In this document: piece by piece, positions 22,372 through 30,507 of the stretch
Layout: every line of letters begins with the position of its first letter
Numbering within the stretch: position 1 is the stretch's first letter
From: Candidatus Kaiserbacteria bacterium RIFCSPLOWO2_01_FULL_54_13
GTDB taxonomy: Bacteria > Patescibacteriota > Minisyncoccia > Phycocordibacterales > UBA2100
NCBI GenBank assembly: GCA_001781685.1
Contig: MFLZ01000015.1
Span: 41,042-72,189, forward strand
Reading direction: 5' to 3'
DNA length: 31,148 nucleotides
Position numbers and translations under genes: made by a program
The notes under the pieces: generated by a model
Told to the model about the DNA's origin: nothing
Database searches by the model: none
What the model saw: only the letters and a program-made list of their open reading frames with translations

Positions 22372-24027
22372 ATGGCAGGCAAACAAGTCATTTTCGATCA
22401 AGAAGTGCGCAGCGCTCTCAAGCGCGGCGTCGATATCGTCGCAGGAGCCGTGAAGGTAACACTCGGCCCGAAGGGCAGAAACGTTGCATTGAGCAAATCG
22501 TGGGGAGGCCCCACGATAACTAACGACGGCGTCTCGATCGCCAAGGAAATCTCTCTCGAGGACAAGTTCGAGGACATGGGAGCTTCGATCGTAAAAGAGG
22601 TCGCCACAAAAACCAACGACAAGGCGGGCGACGGCACCACGACTGCCGTCGTTCTCACGCAGGCGATCGTGCACGAGGGCCTGAAGCGCACAGCTCTGGG
22701 AGCGAACGCAATGATGGTTAGACACGGGATTGAAGCTGCGGCGAAAGACGCAGTAGAAGAACTCAGGAAGATGGCAAAGGATGTGAAGGGCAAAAGCGAG
22801 ATCCGGCAGGTTGCGTCGATTGCCGCAGAATCCGAGGAGCTCGGCGAGAAAATCGCGGAGGTCGTCGGCAAAGTGGGCAAAGATGGCGTTGTCACTGTCG
22901 AAGAGTCTCAAGCGACGGGGATTGATTCCGAGTACGTCGAGGGCATGGAATTCGACAAAGGCTATGTCTCGGCGTACATGATTACAAACGCGGAGCGGAT
23001 GGAAGCCGAAGTAAAAGACGCGCCGATTCTTGTGACCGACAAAAAGATTTCCACGATCAAGGATATCCTGCCGCTTTTAGAGAAAGTTGCACAGTCGGGG
23101 AAGAAAGATCTCTGCATCATCGCCGACGATGTGGACGGTGAGGCATTGGCCACGTTTGTCGTGAATAAACTTCGCGGCGTATTTAATGTGCTCGCGGTGA
23201 AGGCTCCGGGCTACGGCGACAGGAAGAAAGAAATGCTTGCAGATATCGCGATCACGGTGGGTGCACAGGTGATTTCCGAAGATCTCGGGCTCAAGCTCGA
23301 GAATGCGGAACTGAACATGCTCGGGCGCGCGTCGCGCGTTGTTGCCACCAAGGATTCTACCGTAATCGTCGGCGGCAAGGGAAAGAAGTCGGACATTGAG
23401 GCCCGCGTCGCATCTTTGCGCAAGCAGCTCGAAAACACCGATTCGAAATTCGATCGCGAGAAACTTGAAGAGCGCGTTGCAAAGCTCACGGGAGGCGTTG
23501 CGGTAATTCGCGTGGGCGCGGCGACGGAAACGGAAATGAAGTATCTCAAAGATAAAATTGAAGACGCAGTCAATGCGACTAAGGCCGCGATTGCGGAGGG
23601 GATCGTGCCCGGCGGAGGCGCCGCGCTCGCGAAAGCTGCCGAGAAACTCGGAAAAAAGATCAATACGAAGGCGCACGACGAGTACACGGTCGGCTATCGG
23701 ATACTTCTCTCTGCGCTCTCGGCGCCGCTTCTCCAGATCGCAGAAAACGCGGGGCGACAGGATTCCGCGGTCGTCTTGCAGGAAGTTGTGAAGCGAGGAG
23801 GAGCATTTGGGTTCAACGCTCTTGCCGAATCCGATGAGAACGCGATCGTCGACATGTATGAGGCGGGCATCATTGATCCCGTGAAGGTGACGAGGAGTTG
23901 TGTTGAGAATTCCGCCTCTGCGGCAGCAGTGCTTCTCACTACCGAAGCCGCCGTGGCCGAAATCCCCGAGAAGAAAAGCTCTGCCCCTTCTCAGAGCGGG
24001 ATGGGAGGTGGCATGGATGAGATGTGA
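22372..24027 (+). CDS. groL: Chaperonin GroEL
   Basis: VTLGPKGRNV, TNDG, AGDGTTTA, KAPGYGDRK, EGIVPGGG, GIIDPVKV, GGM tail. Confidence 0.98.
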   Translation: MAGKQVIFDQEVRSALKRGVDIVAGAVKVTLGPKGRNVALSKSWGGPTITNDGVSIAKEISLEDKFEDMGASIVKEVATKTNDKAGDGTTTAVVLTQAIVHEGLKRTALGANAMMVRHGIEAAAKDAVEELRKMAKDVKGKSEIRQVASIAAESEELGEKIAEVVGKVGKDGVVTVEESQATGIDSEYVEGMEFDKGYVSAYMITNAERMEAEVKDAPILVTDKKISTIKDILPLLEKVAQSGKKDLCIIADDVDGEALATFVVNKLRGVFNVLAVKAPGYGDRKKEMLADIAITVGAQVISEDLGLKLENAELNMLGRASRVVATKDSTVIVGGKGKKSDIEARVASLRKQLENTDSKFDREKLEERVAKLTGGVAVIRVGAATETEMKYLKDKIEDAVNATKAAIAEGIVPGGGAALAKAAEKLGKKINTKAHDEYTVGYRILLSALSAPLLQIAENAGRQDSAVVLQEVVKRGGAFGFNALAESDENAIVDMYEAGIIDPVKVTRSCVENSASAAAVLLTTEAAVAEIPEKKSSAPSQSGMGGGMDEM

Positions 24028-24068
24028 TAGAGAAATAAGGAGCTGCTGCGACTATATTTCTCATCATC

Positions 24069-24109
24069 CAGCACCATTTTGCGCTTTTGACATGCGCAAA
24101 ATGGTGCTG
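24069..24109. repeat. Perfect 16-9-16 inverted repeat downstream of groEL
   Basis: CAGCACCATTTTGCGC-TTTTGACAT-GCGCAAAATGGTGCTG. Confidence 0.85.
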
Positions 24110-24165
24110 TGGTAAGGCCTAATTCTGTATCTCGACTGGATATCTCGGCGTTAACTATTGCACTC

Positions 24166-24231
24166 GCCCCGTTAGAGAAAAGTCGCAATGCGGCTGAAGC
24201 GAAGCTCCTGCGGAGCGTTCTCTAATGGGGT
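24166..24231. repeat. Y-shaped inverted-repeat element, copy 2
   Basis: CCCCGTTAGAGAA (24167-24179) / TTCTCTAATGGGG (24218-24230) enclosing AGTCGC-AAT-GCGGCT and GCTCC-TGC-GGAGC hairpins. Confidence 0.8.
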
Positions 24232-24284
24232 TATCCCCCGAGATTCGGGCTAAATAGCCTCAGGACACGCTACTATATTGACGT

Positions 24285-27200
24285 ATGCCCACCTCTCGTG
24301 TTGCGGCAGTTTTTTTCGTTACCTTATTTCTGGTAGTGCCGCTTTTAGTCCGCGCGCAGGGTACGGTGGACATGACGGCTGACGCCAAATGCAAACCTGT
24401 GTTTCCTGAGTGCAGGTGCGGTCAGAAACCTAATCCGAATAAGAGCGCAAACGCACCGAAATGTGTTGGCGGCGAGAACATGAATCAATGTTTCTGCGAG
24501 AACGACAATGGACAGGCGGGCGGTATTTGCGTCGCGCTAAAGAACTGTAAGGGGACTTGGTATAGAGATTTGGATGGCGAGCGAATTGAAATCAAAGATC
24601 CTGCCAAGGCATGGCAGGAATTTCAGAATCAAGTCAAAGCAGCAACTCCGAAGCCTCCGGGCCCAGTGCCCGGCGGAGACTACTACAGTGAGGGGTTTGC
24701 ACTACCTCCCGGTTCGGGAGCAGGGACAACAGAGGGTGGCGCGCTTCAGGGTTTGGGCCCAGAGAATTTTGAGGACGTGACACCGATTACGCCGCAGCCG
24801 CAGATCCCATCAGGACCCAGTCTATTGGAGATGTTGGGACCATATTATTTTCGTCCGCAGGAAACCACACCCACATTTGAACCTCCTCCGCCAACAGGGC
24901 CCAATGTCGTGCCGGGTGTGAGCGGAGACACAACGGGGCTGGTGCAACCTAGCACAGCCAACCTTTTTAATTTTAATGAGGAGGGATTCACGGAGCAACC
25001 ATTCTCGGCGGACACATTCGGTGAAAGCACGCTCAAATCATCCTCGGCAGACAGTTGCGATGGCTTTTTTTACTGCGCATATAAAACCGTTGCGGATGGT
25101 TTCCAGGAGCTATTTGGAATTGGTCCTGCAGAGGCAAAGCCATTTTCGGGAACAGAGCCGATACGGATAGGGCCGGACGGTCGCATTAATGCTGTCGATT
25201 TTTACAACACAGCCCTGGAAAAATTTAAGGACTCTTCTCTAAATGGTTACGCGCCACCGGGGTTGAGACGGTTTGGAGTTGAGACCGGTAGCCCTGAAGA
25301 ATGGGCACGTTTAGCCACTATGGTCGCAATGCAAGAATCCAGTCTTCGCGTTGCTCCTGTAAACCCGGATGGGACATTGCAAAGATTCCCAACAACCCCA
25401 GCAGGAGAGCAATCCTACGGGCCGATGCAATTTACTAAAGGAGAGTATGGGCTTCAAACGTGGGCCGACGTGAACAATCCAGACAGAGTCATTGATGCGT
25501 TCGTACAAGTTGCCGAGCAAGGCCAATTGTTTAACTATTTTGGATCGTTGCAGAGACCTAACGAGACCTTGCAGCATAGGTCTTGGTTTCAAGCAAATGT
25601 TGCTCCGTACACAGCGGCCCAGCCGACATACGACGCAAATTCCGGCGGAACTGACACAAGTGGGTTCATTACCGCATTCGGCGGTGGAACACCGCCGACG
25701 GTGGCAAGTCTCGATCCTTCCGCAGGCATGGGATCTGCGTTCGACGAAGCCGGATTTACGAGCGCCTACTCCCGCAGTGCTGCTGGCAAGGTCGCCGACT
25801 TCGTCGGTCTTGGCGGCGTGTACGACACCGTTGCCGGGGGAGTAGTTGACGCGTACGGGACTGTTTCCACCGGTGCTACGGTTCTTGGACAAACCGTATC
25901 GGAGAAAGTCGCAGAAAGTGCCCAAACAGTAGGTAGCGCGATTGATGCGACGAGAGAATACATATCCGAACGTTTTGCGGACGGACTCCGGGTTGTTGAT
26001 GAGAATGTATTTGGAGGCATCGGTACGAAGAGGGGCCTTATTCCTCTTCCTCCACCCTCACCGGTAGCCGTGTACACACCCAGTGGCGAGCCACCATTTA
26101 CTACAGAAATTACCTACGCTGACAGGCCATACGATATCTACACTGAAGCCGACTTGTCTCCGCAGACTGCACGTCCCTTGACGTATGGAGAGCAATTGCG
26201 TGCAGGAATGCCGCTGATGCCAATATCGGGGCCAGCTATTGCGGCACGACTTCCAGAGACACCGTCTGGATCCATGGAATTCGCAGGATTAGAACCTACA
26301 AGATCGGATCTTGAGTTCGCAGGAACTCCACCCACGCGGCTCGGTGAGGGCGGCAGAGTGAGCGACCTCGTCGCTGTTCCCAATCAACCGGGAAATGTAC
26401 CACCTCCAGTTGCCAAATATACACCCAGTGGCGAGCCACCATTCCCCGAAATTTCCAATCCGGACAAGCCTTCCTCAGGGTACTATGACGCATTTGGGGG
26501 AGAGTACTCCACTCAAGCTGAGGCAACAGCCGCCGATTCTTTTTTTGAGAGGAATGCCACACGCATAAACGAACTTGAAGTGAAGGTGGATTCGTTGAGG
26601 CAAGGCATCGAAAAAGCCCAGACTGATTCTCTGCGGGATAGCTGGGTCGGCCGAGCTCTTGGAATGGAGCCCAACACAGATCCGCAAACACCGATACGAT
26701 CGTTTTGGGAATCTGAGTACATAAAGACCCAGAAGGAGCTTATTGGGTTGCGGAGGGCAGATCTGGAGCAGAAAATTTATTCTGCAACGACTCCAGAACA
26801 AATCAGCGAGCTCACCGCACAGCTGAATGCACAGACGGGAGAGCTCGAGAGCCTTCAGACACTGCAACAAACCATTAACAATACATTGAGCGACGGTAGT
26901 CTTGTGGGCGGGATGACGTCTGAGGAGCTGGCAGCCCGGTATAAAGCGACCCTTTCTGGGTTTGAGACTCAGGGAACCGACTGGCAGAGCATACTTGCAA
27001 ATGCACGGGATGGCAGACTATCCGGACTCGGTGATGTTATCGCTGCAAATGATCTAGCGCGAATGGGAGATGCGCTTGCGCAACGCCAATTTGATGTGGC
27101 CGCGATCGCGGATGGCACAAGTCCACTGTTGCAACCTTCACGAGTCGCAAGTCTTGATGGCGGTGGGACACCGCCGACGGTGGCAAGCCTCAATCCTCCC

Positions 27201-29276
27201 GCAGACATGGAATTGTTCAACGAAGCCTTCGGCCAAGTGTCTCCCGCAGAAGCTTTCTCAACAAATGAGTTTGCGGGATTTCCGTCCATACCACCCTCTC
27301 TCCTTGAACGTGCTACAGGATTCGTCGTTGAGGGGTACACCGGTGCCACGGATCTTGCGCAAAATGCTTTGGGGACAGTCACAGACACACTTTCGAACAT
27401 AGGGCAAAAGGCCCAAGAACTTTTGGCCAGTGGAAACAATTGGCTCGACAGCAATGTCCGCGGACCGCTTGTCGACCTTGGCGTGCTCTCTCCGGGGGTA
27501 CTCGGAAGCGATGTAGCTCCAGTAACAGTACCAACAACTGCCGCGGAAACAGGAGAGATCAACCTGCGTGGGGGAGGATATGTACCACCAGGGGAACAAC
27601 CAGAAGCAGGATTCCTTACCGCCTACGGCTTGGATCCCTTTGAGAAATCACTTGAGGCGCAAGAACAACCTGCAAACATCACGGAAGGCGCACCTGTCGA
27701 TCCTTCGGTCGAGCGAGAATTTGCCTTCCAGGCGGCCGCTGAACGTTCGCCGTACCGCCTACCTGCCGACCTCGAAAGGCAACAAATCGCACAGCGTCAG
27801 GCCGAGTTCCTCGCAGAAGAGCGCGCTGCTGCCCAGGCGGAGCAACCAGAAACGGCCCCTTCCAGATGGCAAACATTCACAGAGGGTGTGAGAAATTGGT
27901 TGGTCGGTCCGCCTGTTGAGAACGTTATCGAGAGATGGGTTGCAGAAAACAGATCAGAGCTGCTGCAGCCGTCCATGGAATTCGCAGGATTAGAACCTAC
28001 CAGATCGGATCTTGAGTTTGCAGGATCTCCGTCCACCCCACTCGGACAAAGTGGCATCGGAAGCGACGCGGCGCGTGTACCAGATCAACCGGGAAATGCG
28101 CCTCCTGCCTACGAAGGGAGGACGAAGTACGAGGGGCATTCCATCGTTGATACCCTGAAGGGCGATGGGCAGGGGTCTAGCTACGGTGAACGTAAAGTTC
28201 TTGCAAAGCAACTCGGCATCGCAAACTACCGTGGGACGGCGGCGCAAAATCTGCAGATGGTTGCACTCATGCGAGAGTGGAGCCCGGAATTCGGAGGACT
28301 AACAGCCCAACAACTACAGCCAGCGGTAACTTCTGGCGTGGATACTGGGTCAGGAGTCGGCGCATCACCTGCCTCTGGGCCAACTTCCTCTTTTGGAGAA
28401 GCTTTCAGGGGTGGTTACCAGAGTGCCAACGATCCTGTCACTGGGGCCGCGTTGGGCCTGTGGGAAGGCGGGAAATACCTCTATAATGCCACAGCAGATT
28501 GGGCGGCAAGAACGGGTACGATTCCTCAGTCTAGCGTCGATGAGGCAGGGTTCATGAATGCCTTTCTTGCGCCAGATAACTTGCAACAGTCAGTTGAGGC
28601 AATTGAGGATACTATTGCAGGATCTCAAGCGCCCGCTCCAGACTTCGGACCTGCGTTCAATGAAGCGTTCGGTACCGCGCCGCTGCCAAGCGCGTGCTAT
28701 GGCTCATCGGTTGCTGATTGCGTTGGAGCGTCTGGTGGCAATTGGAGCACCGAGAGGGCAAGACTTGCGGGGATAGTCGGCTGTGCTGCAGGTACCGCTA
28801 GCTGTAACACTGAAATCTTGCGTCGGATACAGGCGGGAGACTTAGTTGTTGCCTCACCTGCTACTTCGGGGAATGAGGCACCGTTGGGTCCGGCACCGAC
28901 AGTTTCCAGTGCCAATCCGGGCGCGGGTACTTCAGCGACAACGGCACCGCCACCAGATCCGATGACAAGGAATGCACAGGCTTTTCAGAACTCCTTAAGT
29001 AGACTGAATAGAAAAATGGATACGTTCTTGAATAATCCTACCGACCAGACTCTTCAAAGCCTAGCTCGGCAAGCACAAGCTGTTCAGAGATGGGCCAGCA
29101 TGTTCCCGAAAGACAGTTATATTCAATCTGAAGCAGCGAAGATTAGTGGGTTGCCGCAGGCATCAAACTATTTACCGGCGGTTGTTGCCACCGTACTTAC
29201 CCGTCAGTATGGGGCAATTTCGGCAGGGATTAGTACCGTCCGGACGCATCTCAGTAGAAATTACACCAAGAAGTAG
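24285..29276 (+). CDS. Giant secreted/surface protein (1663 aa): signal peptide, Cys-rich domain, lysozyme-like/lytic transglycosylase-like domain, repeats, coiled coil, two DUF3597-like modules
   Basis: Uninterrupted 5 kb ORF. Hydrophobic N-terminus ending VRA; AMQESS and SYGPMQF motifs; SIVDTL..SSYGERKVLAKQLGI..YRGTAAQN. Confidence 0.8.
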   Translation: MPTSRVAAVFFVTLFLVVPLLVRAQGTVDMTADAKCKPVFPECRCGQKPNPNKSANAPKCVGGENMNQCFCENDNGQAGGICVALKNCKGTWYRDLDGERIEIKDPAKAWQEFQNQVKAATPKPPGPVPGGDYYSEGFALPPGSGAGTTEGGALQGLGPENFEDVTPITPQPQIPSGPSLLEMLGPYYFRPQETTPTFEPPPPTGPNVVPGVSGDTTGLVQPSTANLFNFNEEGFTEQPFSADTFGESTLKSSSADSCDGFFYCAYKTVADGFQELFGIGPAEAKPFSGTEPIRIGPDGRINAVDFYNTALEKFKDSSLNGYAPPGLRRFGVETGSPEEWARLATMVAMQESSLRVAPVNPDGTLQRFPTTPAGEQSYGPMQFTKGEYGLQTWADVNNPDRVIDAFVQVAEQGQLFNYFGSLQRPNETLQHRSWFQANVAPYTAAQPTYDANSGGTDTSGFITAFGGGTPPTVASLDPSAGMGSAFDEAGFTSAYSRSAAGKVADFVGLGGVYDTVAGGVVDAYGTVSTGATVLGQTVSEKVAESAQTVGSAIDATREYISERFADGLRVVDENVFGGIGTKRGLIPLPPPSPVAVYTPSGEPPFTTEITYADRPYDIYTEADLSPQTARPLTYGEQLRAGMPLMPISGPAIAARLPETPSGSMEFAGLEPTRSDLEFAGTPPTRLGEGGRVSDLVAVPNQPGNVPPPVAKYTPSGEPPFPEISNPDKPSSGYYDAFGGEYSTQAEATAADSFFERNATRINELEVKVDSLRQGIEKAQTDSLRDSWVGRALGMEPNTDPQTPIRSFWESEYIKTQKELIGLRRADLEQKIYSATTPEQISELTAQLNAQTGELESLQTLQQTINNTLSDGSLVGGMTSEELAARYKATLSGFETQGTDWQSILANARDGRLSGLGDVIAANDLARMGDALAQRQFDVAAIADGTSPLLQPSRVASLDGGGTPPTVASLNPPADMELFNEAFGQVSPAEAFSTNEFAGFPSIPPSLLERATGFVVEGYTGATDLAQNALGTVTDTLSNIGQKAQELLASGNNWLDSNVRGPLVDLGVLSPGVLGSDVAPVTVPTTAAETGEINLRGGGYVPPGEQPEAGFLTAYGLDPFEKSLEAQEQPANITEGAPVDPSVEREFAFQAAAERSPYRLPADLERQQIAQRQAEFLAEERAAAQAEQPETAPSRWQTFTEGVRNWLVGPPVENVIERWVAENRSELLQPSMEFAGLEPTRSDLEFAGSPSTPLGQSGIGSDAARVPDQPGNAPPAYEGRTKYEGHSIVDTLKGDGQGSSYGERKVLAKQLGIANYRGTAAQNLQMVALMREWSPEFGGLTAQQLQPAVTSGVDTGSGVGASPASGPTSSFGEAFRGGYQSANDPVTGAALGLWEGGKYLYNATADWAARTGTIPQSSVDEAGFMNAFLAPDNLQQSVEAIEDTIAGSQAPAPDFGPAFNEAFGTAPLPSACYGSSVADCVGASGGNWSTERARLAGIVGCAAGTASCNTEILRRIQAGDLVVASPATSGNEAPLGPAPTVSSANPGAGTSATTAPPPDPMTRNAQAFQNSLSRLNRKMDTFLNNPTDQTLQSLARQAQAVQRWASMFPKDSYIQSEAAKISGLPQASNYLPAVVATVLTRQYGAISAGISTVRTHLSRNYTKK
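26271..28025 (+). repeat. Intragenic 54-nt duplication (26271-26324 and 27972-28025)
   Basis: Both encode SMEFAGLEPTRSDLEFAG; 2 mismatches, both synonymous. Further pairs: 25680-25712/27159-27191 (33 nt) and 26076-26098/26421-26443 (23 nt identical). Confidence 0.9.
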
Positions 29277-29318
29277 AAGGTATAGTCGTCGCCGTTTGTT
29301 CGCAGGAGGGGCGCGAGA

Positions 29319-29327
29319 TGATATAAT
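29319..29327 (+). promoter_or_regulatory. Consensus extended -10 box, leaderless geometry (lemA)
   Basis: TGA-TATAAT, 6 nt, ATG at 29334. Confidence 0.7.
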
Positions 29328-29333
29328 GCGCAC

Positions 29334-29894
29334 ATGACAACAGGCTGGGTACTTTTAGGAGCAGTTGCGGTAGTCGTCTTGTGGGCGATCTGGGCGTACA
29401 ACCGTTTCGTTCAACTCACGAATCGCTCGGAGGAAGCGTGGTCCGACATCGACGTGCAGCTCAAGCGTCGGTACGACCTCATTCCGAATCTCATCGAGAC
29501 AATTAAGGGCTACGTGACACACGAGCGGGGAACTCTGGAGAGCGTTACGAACGCGCGCACGAAGGCGATGGGAGCACAAAGTGTTGCCGAGCACGCGGCT
29601 GCGGAAAATATTCTGACTGGGGCACTCAAGACATTGTTTGCTGTTGCGGAGAATTATCCAAACCTGAAAGCGAATGAAAACTTTGTCGAGCTCCAGCGCG
29701 AGCTCTCCGACACCGAGAACAAAATTCAAGCAGCGCGCCGCTTCTACAACTCTGTCGTGCAAGAGCTACAGAACGCAATAGAAATGTTTCCCTCAAACCT
29801 CATTGCAAACATGTTCCGTTTCAAGACGCGCGATTTTTTCGCTCTTGATGAGAGCGAAAACGCAGCTCGTAATCCAGTGAAGGTCAGTTTCTAA
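29334..29894 (+). CDS. lemA: LemA family protein
   Basis: N-terminal TM, YNRFV, AWSDIDVQLKRRYDLIPNL, AVAENYPNLKANENF..LQ..ENKIQAARRFYN, FPSNLIA. Confidence 0.96.
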   Translation: MTTGWVLLGAVAVVVLWAIWAYNRFVQLTNRSEEAWSDIDVQLKRRYDLIPNLIETIKGYVTHERGTLESVTNARTKAMGAQSVAEHAAAENILTGALKTLFAVAENYPNLKANENFVELQRELSDTENKIQAARRFYNSVVQELQNAIEMFPSNLIANMFRFKTRDFFALDESENAARNPVKVSF

Positions 29895-29901
29895 ATGTGA
29901 A

Positions 29902-30504
29902 ATGAGGAAAAGGGACATTGAAGGGTTTCCGTCACGAAACAGAGGATCTACTGAACACCCCGAGAAAGAGTGGCATCCTCTTATAAGGTTCGTGGGCCCC
30001 GAGGGTTCGTTCGGGGAAGAAGCGAAGTTACACCTTAAAGAATTTGATGTTGAGGATGTCGACTGGTTTAAGTCGGCAGGGCAACAGGAAAATACCCATC
30101 ATATTATCAGTGGTATTAATTCTAGGCGTAAAGCATCGTCCGGATACCTTGTATGCACAGGCGTTGTGGCTTTGGGATTCAATCCAAAGTTACGAACCAA
30201 CGTGTCCTTCTTAACGCATCAGACCTCGTCCGCGTGGAAGTTTGACTTTGAATTCGTCAAGCAACTACGGTTCTCACTCCGGACTTTCGCTCGACAAACA
30301 GATGGGACCAAGCGGTCGCTTCTTATATTTACGCCGCCAATACGTGTGGAAAAAGATAGGGAGTCTCTCGAAATTATCAAGAGGATTATTCTTGAAGAAC
30401 TTGGAGTTGAATCGGATGTTGCCGAGATCAAAGAGGAGTTAATTGACGCTTTTGATGTTATGCTCGATACAGAACACGCACGGATTTTTATTACTTACAC
30501 TTAA
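29902..30504 (+). CDS. Hypothetical protein with a CheD/CNF1-like Cys..His motif, 200 aa
   Basis: Fills the lemA-htpX gap exactly. SSGYLVC85TGVVALG..SFLTH106Q; AT-rich. Confidence 0.65.
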   Translation: MRKRDIEGFPSRNRGSTEHPEKEWHPLIRFVGPEGSFGEEAKLHLKEFDVEDVDWFKSAGQQENTHHIISGINSRRKASSGYLVCTGVVALGFNPKLRTNVSFLTHQTSSAWKFDFEFVKQLRFSLRTFARQTDGTKRSLLIFTPPIRVEKDRESLEIIKRIILEELGVESDVAEIKEELIDAFDVMLDTEHARIFITYT

Positions 30505-30507
30505 GTT

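Noticed and set aside
9350-23676. Long antisense or alternate-frame ORFs (9350-10267, 10920-11678, 15251-16099, 17975-18535, 20493-21158, 23077-23676 and similar)
   Set aside because: They are shadows of well-supported genes in GC-rich coding sequence, with no motifs or independent start signals.
24157-24183. CIRCE element near groEL (ATTGCACTC-N9-GAG)
   Set aside because: The right arm matches only 3/9, the site is downstream of groEL, and it is explained by the Y-shaped repeat. No CIRCE is seen upstream of groES.
25680-28025. CRISPR array or DGR template/variable repeats
   Set aside because: The repeats are in-frame pairs hundreds of bases apart with no regular spacers. The 54-nt pair differs by A/C and C/T at synonymous sites only, and there is no cas or reverse transcriptase gene.
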